A DNA stretch of 61,817 nucleotides, the filler included, from Nemertoderma westbladi (Eukaryota > Animalia > Xenacoelomorpha): NCBI GenBank assembly GCA_032718475.1. It is 4 parts of 4 records of this genome, joined end to end, with 100 filler letters (N's around TTAATTAATTAA, not from the genome) between each part and the next. Parts side by side here need not be neighbours in the genome. Positions count along the whole stretch, not along the records: positions 1 to 24,924 come from JAUCBJ010002272.1; 3 more parts are not named here. One strand, given 5' to 3'. The first letter of the stretch is position 1. Each line of letters starts with the position of its first letter. A program made the position numbers and the translations under genes. Under the pieces are notes generated by a model. The model ran no database searches. It was not told where the DNA came from and saw nothing but the letters and a program-made list of their open reading frames with translations. Of the stretch, positions 1 to 13,473 are shown piece by piece.

Positions 1-82
1 CGCTTGTATTTCCAAGAATATTGTTACGCAAAATGGCACAACAAACACTTAAACCAGACCACTACGTCTTGATAGCAGATAT

Positions 83-114
<32 letters not shown>

Positions 115-343
115 ACTGGACGCAATAAAAAATAATTCCATTACAGGGGGAAATTCGACGCAAATAATAGCTGATTACTCTCAAAAATGAAACTGTAACC
201 TGTTCTATTGTGTTTAGTTTATTGTTTTGGTTAAAATAACGTGCCACTGTAACCTGCTCCTTTCCCTAAATTGAGAATTTAACATTGAGGCGGGATATTA
301 ATTCGCCAAGGCGGGTTTTGCGTCCAGTCCCCCCCCCCCCCCC
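83..343. mobile_element. Small MITE-like element with poly-G/ACTGGACGCAA inverted termini carrying the 68-bp core repeat
   Basis: G-run + AACTGGACGCAA (83-125) is inverted to TTGCGTCCAGT + C-run (318-343). The interior (190-270) has GTTTATTGTTTTGGTTA...CTGTAACCTGCTCCTTTCCCT, also seen in the 41.4-42.1 kb array. Confidence 0.55.
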
Positions 344-1589
344 TGATAGACATCCTTTATATCTCTGAACTAATATTATTAAACCATATTTATTCAGTCC
401 CCCCCCCCCCCTCCTTCCTTGCTCCCACTAATGCTTCACAAGAAACCAAGTAATATAACAATAATTAGGCTATCATATGATTTATTTTGCAGCCATTCCG
501 ACCAATCATAATATTATCCTTATAACTTTCACACACACAACGACAGGACTCAGTCAACTGTGTGCAACCTTGTCGGATTCTGGAATGACTTATCCTCCCA
601 GATAAGATCATCACGAATTGGGGAACCGTTAATTATTAATGAATGAATGAGGATTTCAAAACTTCAAACTGTCTCTTAATAGCTAATGTAGTTCAAAAGT
701 TATGAGCGATAATGTTAACATTATTCTGTGAAAATTATATGTCTGGGATTGTATTTCTGACGGTTTGTCTGTCAAAATATTGTATAACAAAAACATTCCA
801 CCTAGCTAAAAGTTTTCTTATGGGGGGTATCCTTATTGCAGAATTCATTTCCGACGTCAGTTTCCACTTTTAACAAAACCTACTATGTTTGTATGTCTGC
901 CCAGCGATATGCCTGTCAAAGTAATATGAAAGCATTTAAATTAAAACCATAGACTTTAAATGCATTTTTCTGGCGGATGCAATTTATAAATTTCAAACTG
1001 CAAAGGCTTTTCCAAAAATGAACGAATTCGAATGAAATTTTGCATGAATGATGATTGGGTGATGTTTAACACCACCTATTGCAGTTTTTCTTATTTTGTT
1101 TGTGCTTGCTGAATATGAATATTTATAGTGAATTGGTGAACGGACCCCCCCCCCCCCCCCCCCCCCTAAGTATTTAATTATGCTGTTGCATTGTGAATCG
1201 CGCTTTGAACAAATTGGAAAGACGCTATAAAAATATATTATTATTATTATTACAATTTCCCATTTGGCCCGTATACTGTATTGTATACTCCAAGGCCACG
1301 GTCGTCACCAGTAATACGAGGTTGTTTTAGTTCAGTGAAATAAAATAAAACCTGATCAAATTGTTATACAATCATTATTCCTAAGCACAAGTGATTAAGA
1401 TATGCATAAAATAATCATAGCAAATAAATAAATTAGAACAACAGCTTTGTTACCGAAAAGCAAACAGATGAACTCAACCAATTTAAATTGCCGTTGCTAA
1501 TAACAGAATATCAATTACAATAATGCGAGTTATTTAGACTAATAATTTCAAACCAAAGAAGCCATGCCTATCCTAGAAAGACGATGCGT

Positions 1590-4576
1590 TTAGTTTTCGA
1601 AGATTCGTTGGGTAAACTCATGGTAATCCAGGGCTCCAGGTACAGCTTCTGGGCCAACATAGGGTTTCATATGCGTGACGCAGTACTCCGACTGCTCCTT
1701 GGTGAGGTTCTGATACAACTCGGTACGCACGATGTAGGGTTTATCTTCGGCAGCCAAAGCACGGAACGCTAGGAGAATGTCTTCCTTGGACTGGACGTTG
1801 TCGGTTTCGCGACTTATCATAAACGTCATGTACTCCTGGTAGCTGACTTGTCCATCCCTATTGGGATCAACCACGTCTAGAATCGCTTCGAATTCGTAAT
1901 CGTTCTCTCCTTCCTCAAGAGCCTTGATATCGTATCCAAGCGACCGGAGACAGTTCTTAAACTCGCTGTGATTGAGCTTCCCGCTAACATCCTTATCGAA
2001 ATGTCGGAACATTACACCGAACTCTCGTCTGGCATCTTCGCTGACCCCGCTGGTACTGATCGCTTGGAGTTGCTGCTCTAGATTGTGTTGCATCCTCATG
2101 GTAAGCTGATCCAACTGGTCCCATTGCTGCGCTAACGACACCACGCTGTGCTCAGTATACCTGTTGTCTAACACAAGGTTCTCCTCCAATTGGCTACCAA
2201 ACACCTCAATCTTCTTCAATTGAGACTTCATCATACGCACTTCCGGCGCCTTCCTCTTGAGGAACTCGAGTTGGGATTCCAAGGTTCCTGTCTCGTCCAT
2301 TATAGCCACTCTGGTCTCCACTATCCACTGATGGAAGGAGTTGGCATGCTGAGCGAATTGTCGACGGAGTTTATCGTTCTCCTCCTGTCTGAGCTGCTCT
2401 CTCTCCAACTCTGCATTTCTCTCTTTTATGATCTTATGTAGATTCTTCCAGGTCTCGTAAAGCGCCTCCATGGTGAACCAGGTATAGGGGTTGCCACGGA
2501 CGTGGTGACTCTTTATCTTTTTATCGATGGTAGCGAGTTGGTTGAGGTCGGCCTGGGCGCTACTCAATGAGTCGACGAACTGTTGATGAGCTTCCCGCAA
2601 GGCCCGGATCTCCTCCACCGAGTTGCACCGAACCGGGTCCGTTAAATCTTCCTCCGCGTTCTCGAACCAGCTGTTGAATGCCGACGCTTTCTTCGCGAAC
2701 AACAGGAACAGATCCTCCAGCTGTCGGAACTTCTCCTGTTGCTGTAGCAACCTGTTGTTCCTCGCCAAAGAGTTGCTTTTCAACCCCTCCCATCGCTCGA
2801 TCAAAGCGTCGTGGCGTTTTTGTATCTTGGGCGTCTGCGCGTGCTCCGAGGCTACCAACTGATCCTTGAGCGAAGAGATTCCAGCTATTCCGTCGTTCTC
2901 GAAGGCTGCTAACCCGGAATCGAAGGCCTCCTGTTTGGTCAGCAGCGTCTGGACCCCGCTGAGGTCGCGGCCATGGTCGGCAGACTTTACGAACCCCTCC
3001 TTGTCGGTGATCCACGACTCCACCACGTCCGCCTTCCAGGTAAAGTGGAGGAAAGCTGAGTTGTCCTGGAGCTTTTGTTTACGAACCTTGGCGGTGGCCT
3101 CGAGAAGCGCTAACTTCGACTCTAGATCCGAGACTCTGCTACGGATCATGTCGGAGTGGATGTTGTGCTCATTGATAAGCTTGTCCCCCATGTCTTTGAT
3201 ATGTTCGACACGCTCGTGGTGGACAGCGAGATCCATTTCGAACACTCTATGCTTCTTGATCAACCCTTGGACAGTGGCGAGACTGTCTCCATAATCATGA
3301 CTTTGTACGATTCCCTGTTTCTCCGTTATCCACGCTTCCTCCTCGTCAACCTTGCTTAAGAAGTCCTGGAAGATTTGTGACTCTTCCAGTTTGCGGGTGC
3401 GGTCAGCAGTGATGTCCTTGAGCTCGGACCAACTCTCATCTAGTTTATTCAACCGATCGGAAATCTCATCACTACCTAATTTCGTCTCGTTCATCAATTT
3501 ATCTCCGGCTATTTTCAGTTCCTCGATATTGGGTTCGTGGACCTGCACTTCCCCTTCGAGTCGTCGGTGTTTCTTCCTCAAGTTCTGAACCCCCGTCATG
3601 TCCTTCCCATAATCCGTCGAACTCACCAACAACTTTTTCTCTCGGATCCAAGATTCCTCGTCATCAATGTCCCTGAGGAATGTAAATAGAATGTTAGCGT
3701 CGTCCAGCTTCAACTTACGCTCTGCAACCTGGTCTTTAACCACCTCGTACCGTCGAGTGATCGACTCTCGTTTTTCGATTATCACTTCCGGTTCGCATTG
3801 ACCCAGGTTAATGACTGCTTCGCCTTGATCATTGAGGTCATTGACCCTGTCCTGATGGGCAGCCACGTCCGCCTCTAATATCAGGTGCTTCTTCAGCTGA
3901 TGCTGCGTTGTTGTGAGGTCCCGACCGTAATCGTCGGCCTGGAGTTGAGCCTCAACTTCATCCAACCAGAACTCCAAATCGATCACCAAAGTATTCCACA
4001 TCCTCTGTCGGTTGGCCTCCTTCAACTTCTTGGTCTTGTCGGTGCTCTTAGTAACCAACTCGGTGTACTGGTCAGTAATGGTTACGAGTCGATTCTTCAC
4101 AGCATCCTCCTGTCCTACGCAGCGGTTGTTATCGATTAGAGCTCCGCCAACCGCCAACACCGCCTGGATGCGGTCGGCGTTGGCCGCTAGTTCCGCCTCG
4201 AATGCCTGTTGTTTGTTGTGTTTCGTCGTGATGTTCGTCATCTCGAGATGCGAGGGGTCCTTAGCGGTGACGAGTTTCTCCGATACCCAGGCCTCGATCT
4301 CGTCTATGTCTCTGGAGAATTCCTCCAGAGTTTGACTCTCTCCCAACTCGGCACGTTTCTCGATCAACCCCTGCTTCAGGTTCTGCCAGCGGTCCAGAAC
4401 TTCCGCTTTCTTGGCAGCCACTGCGGGGGAGTCGTAGTGGTCACTGCCGACCAGCTGATCTGCGAACGAGCACAACGAGTTGATCTTACTCTCCTGTATC
4501 GATATCGCCTTATCGAAATCTTCATGTTTCTTAATGAGAGACTCCACATTGTCACCGGAATCCAATTCATCCGAAC
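1590..4576 (-). CDS. SPTAN1: Alpha-spectrin (non-erythroid type), coding exon 2 of 2: spectrin repeats plus C-terminal EF-hands
   Basis: Tandem spectrin repeats, the conserved FNSWFENAEEDLTDPVRCNS and NPYTWFTMEAL motifs, and EF-hands DKDVSGKLNHSEF and DPNRDGQVSYQEY. Acceptor TTTTAG|GT at 4578-4577 joins in phase 1 to exon 1, giving ESFLG-SDELDSGDNVESLIKKHEDF. Confidence 0.96.
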
Positions 4577-4685
4577 CTAAAATTTATATAAAATAATTAT
4601 TGTAAAATATATTTTCAATCAAATTCATGATTGGTGTGGTTGTGTTGCTGTTGAATTAACGTAATGAGTGACTTTGATGTGAGTT

Positions 4686-4893
4686 GCGTTTACTGTGACA
4701 CTTTTTTTGCGTTTACTGTGACACTTTTTTTGCGTTTACTGTGACACTTTTTTTGCGTTTACTGTGACACTTTTTTTGCGTTTACTGTGACACTTTTTTT
4801 TGCGTTTACTGTGACACTTTTTTTGCGTTTACTGTGACACTTTTTTTGCGTTTACTGTGACACTTTTTTTGCGTTTACTGTGTGTGACACTTT
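4686..4893. repeat. 23-bp tandem repeat, ~9 copies (GCGTTTACTGTGACAC-T7)
   Basis: Directly visible near-identical units near the 3' end of the spectrin intron. Confidence 0.9.
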
Positions 4894-5614
4894 TTAAATT
4901 TATTTCCAATTTTTCCAATTCATTTCATTTTGTATGTAATCCTATTTAATCGCAATACACCAAATACATTAACCTCGAGTTATTGGAATATAATATCTAT
5001 CAGTAACAATCACGACCCAATAAATTGGTAGTGCGATATAAATTCAAAGACAGATAGGAGATATAGCGGCTTTGATTTATACTGAAAAAAAACAACAAAG
5101 AACCATATACCGTCTTAGACTTGTCATCTTACAATTTACAGTTGAGCAGGTGATGTACGGGTTTGGGGTATTGGCAGGTATTTGTGATTTTGTCTTGCCT
5201 TGCATTGGTTACTTTAGCTCAACCGTACAAGTTAATAAAAGATAACAGACTCATACAATAATTACAATATAATATAGCGTTCTCACATAAAAGATATTCC
5301 TCGAATTTGGCAGGTCCGCAAACTAGATAGCCAACTAAGTGCGGATGTAGTATGTTGAGTGGCAGTGTCTTTGTATGTATACTGAGTAAAGATTACACCG
5401 GTATTGGTTGGCAATTATTTTACATTATATTGGACTTTGAGCTTGGGGTGGGAAAATTGCCATAGCAATATCATAACCTCAATGAAAGATTATTTGAATT
5501 TTACCAAGCCCTAATGGATATATTAATTAAAATAAACATATTATTTTAGCGAATGTTAAACATTAGAACATGATGTAATATAATGGTTTTGTTCAGAAAT
5601 TGAAAAAATGAGAA

Positions 5615-5700
5615 AGCACGCCACCGGGGGTTGAACCAGCGCTATATGTACGTTTCGGCCTATCACGCGTCATCAATAGCGCTAACCAGTACAGCCACTT
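5615..5700 (-). ncRNA. tRNA-derived (Pol III) SINE-like head with a degenerate minimal hammerhead-like core between the A and B boxes
   Basis: Minus strand reads TGGCTGTACTGG (A-box-like) TT AGCGCTAT TGATGA CGCGTGATAGGCC GAAACGTA CAT ATAGCGCT GGTTCAACCC (B-box-like). AGCGCTAT/ATAGCGCT form a perfect 8-bp stem. Confidence 0.45.
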
Positions 5701-6044
5701 GTCCCTTTAGAACATGGTTGACATGACCTGTACGTTACGTACCGGTAAGTCTTAAATTTGTTACAAATCGACAAAAAGCTGAATGGTGCGCAATTGTAAA
5801 GCCATTGACGGCGCAGTTAGAACAGAGTGACCAGTTGTGTACACTTAGAAAACTAGTGACATCTGAACGTACAACTTGTGACACCTGTTCACCTGATGAC
5901 ATTTGTATATCTGGTGGCACTTGTAACATTTGTACATCTGTTGACACTTGTACAACGTATAAAACTCTACACCTTATGACACTTATATATACAGCTGATG
6001 AGACCTGTACTTACACCTTGTGACACTCGTACAATGTACGTACA

Positions 6045-8845
6045 TGTGACACTTGGTACATCCGGGCACTTGGTACATCAGATGACACTTGGTACATCTG
6101 GTGAGACTTAGTACATCAAGTGACACTTGGTACATCACGTGGCACTTGGTACATCTGGTGACAATTGGTACATCTAGTGACACTTGGTACATCACGTGGC
6201 ACTTGGTACATCTGGTACCAAGTGTCATCAGATGTAACAGTGCAAAGGACCACCAGATGTACCAATTGTTACCAGATGTACCAACTGTCAGTAGATGTGC
6301 CAAGTGTCACCAGATGTACATTTACCAAGTGCCACCAGATGTTCCAAGTGCAACGATATGTTCCAAGTGTCACCATAACTACCAAGTGCCACCAGATGTA
6401 CCAAGTGTCACCAGATGTACCAATTGTCTCTAGATGTACCAAGTGCCGCCAGATGTACATTTACCAAGTGCGACAATCTGTACCAAGTGCCACCAGATGT
6501 TCCAAGTGCCACCAGATGTACCAACTGTCACTAGATGTACCAAGTGTCACCACATGTACATTTACCAAGTGCCACCAGATGTACCAAGTGCCACCAGATG
6601 TTCCAAGTGCCACCATATGTTCGTAAGTGCTACCATATGTACCAACTGTCACTAGATGTACCAAGTGTCACCACATGTATATTTAACAAGTGCCACCAGA
6701 TATACCCAAGTGCCACCAGATGTACATTTACAAGTGTCACCAGATCTTCTAAGTACCACCATATGTACCAAGTGCCACCAGATGTACCAAGTGTCACCAG
6801 ATGTACTTTATAAAGTGCCACCAGATGTACCAAGTGACACCAGATGTACCATCTGTCACTAGATGTACCAAGTTTTAACAGATGTACCAACCGTGTCATC
6901 AGATGTACCAGATGTACCAAGTGTCACCAGATGTACAACGTGTCACCAGGTGTACCAAGTGCCACCAGATGTACCAACTGTCACTAGATGTACCAAGTGC
7001 CACAAGATGTACCAAGTTTTAACAGATGTACCAAATGTCACCAGATGTACGAAGTGTCACTAGATGTACCAAGTGTCAACAGATGTACCAAGTGTCACTA
7101 GATGTTCCAAGTGTCACCACATGTACATTTACCAAGTGCCACCATATGTACCAAATGTCACCAGATGTACGAAGTGTCACTAGATGTACCAAGTGTCAAC
7201 AGATGTACCAACTGTCACTAGATGTACCAAGTGTCACCACATGTACATTTACCACGTGCCACCAGATGTACCAAGTGCCACCAGATGTCCCAAGTGCCAC
7301 CATATGTTCCAAGTGCTACCATATGTACCAACTGTCACTAGATGTACCAAGTGTCACCACATGTACATTTACCAAGTGCCACCAGATGTACCAAGTGCCA
7401 CCAGATGAACATTTACAAGTGTCACCAGATGTTCCAAGTGCCACCATATGTACCAAGTACCACTAGATGTACCAAGTGTCACCAGATATACATTTACCCA
7501 AGTGCCACCAGATGTACCAAGTGCCACGAGATGTACCAACTGTCACTATATCACTAGATGTACCAAGTGTCACCAGATGTACATTTACCAAGTGGCACTA
7601 GATGCACCAAGTGCCACCAAATGTACATTTACAAGTGTCACCACTCACCAGATGTTGCAAGTGCTACCATATGTACCAACTGTCACTAGATGTACCAAGT
7701 GTCACCAGATGTACCATCTGTCACTATATGTACCAAGTTTTAACAGATGTACCGGTACCAAGAGTCACCAGATGTACCATCTGTCACTAGATGTTCCAAG
7801 TGTTACCAGATGTACCAAGTGTCACCAGATGTACAACGTGTCACCAGGTGTACGAAGTGCCACCAGATGCACCAAGTGTCACCAGATGTACCAACTGTCA
7901 CTAGATGTACCAAGTGCACACAAGATGTACCAAGTGCACACAAGATGTACCAAGTGCACACAAGATGTACCAAGTTTTAACAGATGTACCAAGTGTCACC
8001 AGATGTACCAAGTGTCACTAGATGTACCAGGTGCCACCAGATGTACCAAGTGTCACCAGATGTACCCAGTGTCACCAGATGTACCAAGTGCCTCCAGATG
8101 TACCAAGTGTCACTAGATGTACCATCTGTCACTAGATGTACCAAGTTTTAACAGATGTACCAAGTGTCACCAGATGTACCAAGTGTCACCAGATGTACCA
8201 AGTGTCACCAGATGTACAACGTGTCACCAGGTGTACCAAGTGCCACCAGATGCACCAACTGTCACTAGATGTACCAAATGCACACAAGATGTACCAAGTG
8301 CACACAAGATGTACCAAGTTTTAACAGATGTACCAAGTGTCACCAGATGTACCAAGTGTCGTCACTAGATGTACCAGGTGCCACCAGATGTACCAAGTGT
8401 CACCAGATGTACCAAGTGTCACTAGATGTACATTTACCAAGTGCGACTAGATGTATATACCAAGTGCCACCAAATGTACATTTACAAGTGTCACCACTCA
8501 CCAGATGTTGCAAGTGCTACCATATGTACCAACTGTCAATAGATGTACTAAGTGTCACCATATGTACCATCTGTCACTAGATGTACCAAGTTGTAACAGA
8601 TGTACCAAGTGTCACCAGATGTACCATCTGTCACTAGATGTAGCAAGTTTTAACAGATGTACCAAGTGTTACCAGATGTACCAAGTGTCACCAGATGTAC
8701 AACGTGTCACCAGGTGTACCAAGTGCCACCAGATGCACCAAGTGCCACCAGATGTACCAAGTGTCACCAGATGTACAAAGTATCACCAGATTTACCAAGT
8801 GTCACTAGATGTACCAAGTGCCACTGGAGTGGCACTTGGTACATC
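6045..8845. repeat. 19-bp satellite (ACCAGATGTACCAAGTGTC), >100 copies with variants and an internal orientation switch
   Basis: Reverse-oriented units at ~6045-6212, forward units at ~6212-8823 and one reverse unit at ~8829-8845. Degenerate units extend left to ~5850. Lies inside the spectrin intron. Confidence 0.95.
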
Positions 8846-9221
8846 GAAGTAGAACAGATTTGCAAGTAATTTGAGCAAAATTCATTCACACACTCAAAAG
8901 TTATTGCAAGTGTCGCTGGTGCTTGGTAAATAAAATGACGCAAGAATTGCGAAAATGGTTATAATTTTTTGCTAACAAAACTAAGTAATAAATAAAATTT
9001 TTACGCGTACGTAAATAAATAATTTTTTATGCCTAATGAATGATATTACGCGTAAATATTTTTAAAATTAACAGTATTAATTAATCCCTACCGTCACTCC
9101 CACTGAAGTCGCATTAAAATTGAATAAAATATTAGTAATATAACAAACCGTGGTATACAGCTGTTTTTAGTAAATTTTGGTGATGGACTAAACTTATATA
9201 TGGGTGTAGTTGTCAACTAAC

Positions 9222-12200
9222 CTAAGAAAGATTCCCTAGCCGCCATCCAGTTCTCCGCCTGCTCGCAATCCCGTTTGTAAAGCTGGCCCTCCAGACACTG
9301 ATCCAGCAACTCCTTCCGTTCCTGCCACGTAGAGTTGAGCCCGATTCTCGCGTTGGCTACCTCCTCCACCTTCTCGGCGACTTCGGGACTCGCGTAATGC
9401 TGATTGGCCAACAGATCCCGCCCGAAGGCATCGAAGGCCTGGAAGGTTGGTTGACGAGCCTCCACCTCGGTGAGGAGCTCCTGGTGGCGTTCCAGAAGAG
9501 CCTCAGCGTGGGTCACGTCGTTGGCCAACTCAGCCGAGGCCACCAACGAACGCATCCCGTTGATCCAAGCGATCAGATCCCGGTAATCCGACAGGAACTT
9601 CTGCAGCTGCAACGAGTCGGATAGTTTAATTTTCCTCGCTTTGCTCCGATCCTGCAAGTCGTCCCAGGCCGCATTCAACTCCGCCTGTTTGCTTTCGATC
9701 GCCTCGGCCTGGTCGGGGTGGTTCTCGATAAGACCTTTAGCGACGCCGTCCAACAACGCGATCTTCTCCCCCAGGGCGGCGAGATCTCGCTCGAAGCCGT
9801 CGTGTTTCCGGATGAGGGCCTGTACCGAGGGCAGGTCGCTCCCGTAGTTGTCCGTGTTGAGCGCTTGGTCCTTCTCGTGGATCCAGTCCTTGCAGTCGTC
9901 GCAATCCCGGAAGTAGCGCTGCACCTCCTGCGCGCTACCGAGGTTCTGCTCGTGGTCCTTAGCCGTTTGCTCCAAATCGTTCCACCTCTGGTTGAGTACA
10001 GTGATGGTGGACTCCAGCTGAAGTTCTTCCTGTTTGATAGGAATACCTTCCTCCTCCAGGGATCGGACTGTTTGATTGATCTCCAACAGTCGCGCCTGTC
10101 GGTTCTTCAGATCCGATTGGAAATTATCGAATTGTTTCTGCATCACTTGGACCTGTTCCAAATCATCCGGCATGTCTTTAATGACCGCAACGTGTTCCTT
10201 ATCTTCTATCCAGGTAGCCAACTCCTGCGCCTCACGAACCAGACTGTAAGCCCGGCAGCTGCTCTCTAACTTCTTCTTGCGGAAGTTTCCCTTCTGCAAG
10301 AGGTCCCGATATTGCTGCTCTATCTGTTCCTGCCGAACCATTACGTTACCCGCGTCCTGGGCCAGCTTCTGCTGCGACGCACTCAGTCGCGGCTCCACCT
10401 TCTTCACGTGGGATGCCGGTACGAACCCCTGTCTGTCGTTAATCTCAACCTTCCACCAGTCCTTATGGGCTGAGTTGAGCAGTTGGAGGGTGTCTCCCTT
10501 CTTCATTGAAACCTCTCTCGGGGACTTCTCTAGATAGTCGTACAAAGCTTGCACGGATTCCACGCCCTCCCCGGCACCCACTGACTCCTGCGGTTTACAC
10601 GCCTCAGCCTGGCTCCGTAGACCTTCTATAACTGAGTTATAGGCGATAACGTCACTCATTACTGCGTCCTGTTTCTTTAACAACGCGCTCGACGAATCTT
10701 CGTCCTTACCGTAATCCTCGGAGGCAATAATCGGCTCTTTCTCGCGCATCCAGGAATCGGCTTCGTTCGCATCAACAAAGTACTGCTGGATCTGTAGACT
10801 GTCGTCCAGGTCGTCGGTGCGTTTAACCGACTTCTCCTTGAGGTTATCCCACTTATCAACCAAATGATCCACCTTCTTTTTGATGTCGTTGCTGGCGAAG
10901 TGGTTCTCATCCTGTAAATCCCGGGCCGATTTCACAACATCGTCAATACGGGGTTCGTGGCCCGCAATCTCAGAACAGATGGCGTTGTGTTTCTTGATGA
11001 GCTTCTGGACGCTGATGAGATCCTTACCGCGACTGTTGGAGAACACAACGGGTTCCTTCTCCCGTATCCATGCCTCCTCGTCGTCAATATCCCTGTATAG
11101 TCGGTACAAACGTTCAGCATCGTTCAGCTTCTGTTTACGTTTCCCCATCGGTTCACGCAGGGCGTCGTATCGCTGCATCAACGCCCGCTGACGATTCTGT
11201 ATATTATCCGCGTCAAAGTGCCCCTCATCTACGAACTTCCGAGTGGCCAACATTACACCATCGACACGGTCTCTATGCGATGATACATCCGCTTCCAGCA
11301 GCGTGTGCTTCTTCTGCAGGTTATGGACGCTTGGAAGATCCTTACCGAAGTCCTCAGACGCCAACTGAGACTCGATATCGTTGAGCCAGAGGTCGATATC
11401 CTCGCAGTTGCGGTTGAAACCCTGCTGCTGGCCGGAATCATGGAGCTTCTTGGTTTTATTGTCCGAAGCGTCGCGAAGGTCGTCCCAGGATTTATTCATC
11501 TCGTTTAGATCCTGTGCTATTTGGTCGCTCATAAAGTGATCGTCGGCCATTAACTCCTGCCCATCGGTGTTCAGTCGATCTACACGAGGCTCGTGTGCTT
11601 TCAGTTCGGCAAGGAACTGCTCGTGTTTCTGCACCTTCCTTTGTAGATTAGTAGGATCTTTGTAACTGTCGTCTTTAACGCCTTTCGATTTGTCGTTTAT
11701 CCAACTGACAACCTCACCAACGTCTCGCTCAAACTCCCGGTATTTCACCGAATCTTCCAACTGCTTACGACGCTGCAACGCTCGTTGCTTCAGCATCTCT
11801 CTTCGCGCGAGCAATGCATCCCTACGACGAGCGATATCGTCAGAGGCGTAATGGTTCCCATCCACCAACTCCTGCGCAAAAGTATCCAAATGATCGATCT
11901 TATCGTCCTGAGCCGTTAGCGACTTCTCGAAATCCTCGTGTTTCCTTATCAATGACTCCACCGAGTCTACTGAGTCTCCAAGGTCATCGTTCGATAGGAA
12001 AGACTCCTGTTTGCTCATCCAGGTGTCTGCCTGCTCCGAATCGCGACAGAACAGTTGGAAGTCCATGCACTGCTCGTAGAGAATCCTACGGGACTCCCAT
12101 AACTCGTACAGCAGACGCTTCTCTTCCTTCAGCTTCACCTGTTTCTCTTTGATGTCATCGGAGGCAGGGTGTCCCGACTCAACCAACTTGTTGCCAAGAT

Positions 12201-13473
12201 CATCGCAGTTATTGAAACTGTCCTCGTGAGCATCCATCTCCCCTCGGTGCTCCTGGTGACGTTCCAGTAAGCTCTCAGCCCCAGTAACGTCCTTCGCTAA
12301 CTCATCCGAGGTGATCAACGTCTTCATCTCCGAGATCCAGATGAGCAGATCGCGATTGTCGGTAAGAAATCGATGATGACTGTAGCTCTCATCTAGACGC
12401 TTCTTCCTCTCCTTGGCGAGGACTCGCAGTCGTTCCCAATGATCGATAACGTCGTGTTTCTTGTTGGTGAGATCGTTAGCCTGGTCCGGATGAGTGTCGC
12501 ACAAACGGTCAGCCTCGGCACTCAACGAATTAACTCTTTCTTCTAGAACAATAAGATCCCGTTCGACCACATCATGTTTCCTTTGTAGAATCTGAACGGC
12601 CACTAAATCTTTACCGTGGTCATCGCTTTGCAGCCCAGATTGCTTCTCTGTCATCCATTCGATAGCGTCGTTTGCGTCTTTATAATACTTTTGGATCTCG
12701 GCGGCACCAAATAGCTTTTTCTGCATCTCCGTGGCAACAAACTTTAGTCTCTGCCATGCCTCATTAACTTCATCCTGTTTGGTCTTAATAATAGCCTCGT
12801 CTGGGTGCTCATCACCGATCAGATCATTCGCGGTTTGGTTAATATCAGCCAAGCGATCCTCGTGAATAGACATGTCTTTAGTAAACTCTTCGTACTTCTT
12901 CTGCAGAACTTCAACATGTTCCAAGTCCTGAGCGGCTTCCATAGTGTTGAGGAAATTCTCTTTATCGCGAATCCAAAACATTAGTTCATCGACGGAGCGA
13001 ATGTAGTTAATCAGTTTGAGTTGTTGGAGCAATCTGATGCTTTTAATCTTGAGCTTCGATAGCAGAAGATCCCACAGACGATGTAACTCATCGAGGATCA
13101 TTTGGATTGTCTCCGAGGCGTAATGGCCCCCTTTAATCATTGCCAATCCGCTCTCATCCAACATCACCAGATTGTTGGAATGAGCATTAACTTCAGCCTC
13201 GAAAGCCCGATGTTTCTGTATCTTCCCCTGGAGGTTGGTGGCATCCTTCCAGGATTCATCTGCTGCCGTCTGCAGTTTCTCGTTGATCCAGGCTTCCAAC
13301 TCATCGGCATCCCGTTTGAAGTACTGGAACCTTCTAGAATCCTCGAGACATTCACCTCGTCGTTTCACTGCGTCTTTAAACTGCTGATATCTATCGAGGA
13401 CCTCCCCACGCCGCTCACCAATATCCTGAGCGGTCTCTAGAACTCTAACGTCCCGTGGCTGTATGTCAACCAT
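9222..13473 (-). CDS. SPTAN1: Alpha-spectrin, coding exon 1 of 2: tetramerisation helix, spectrin repeats and SH3 domain
   Basis: ATG at 13473 gives [29 protein letters not shown], the typical alpha-spectrin N-terminus. SH3: [19 protein letters not shown]...[16 protein letters not shown]. Donor TTAG|GTTAGT at 9221. Joined CDS is 7239 nt = 2412 aa. Confidence 0.96.

Noticed and set aside
62-247. Poly-proline ORF
   Set aside because: Produced by a G homopolymer at a MITE terminus.
5983-8869. Many ORFs with repeated CTKCH (CxxCH), resembling multiheme cytochromes or metal-binding proteins
   Set aside because: They are translations of a 19-bp satellite in all frames and both strands inside a spliceosomal intron, with frequent stops and frameshifts and no signal peptide.
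1584-13440. Numerous short ORFs antisense or out of frame to spectrin
   Set aside because: Shadow ORFs of a long GC-balanced coding sequence, with no recognisable domains.
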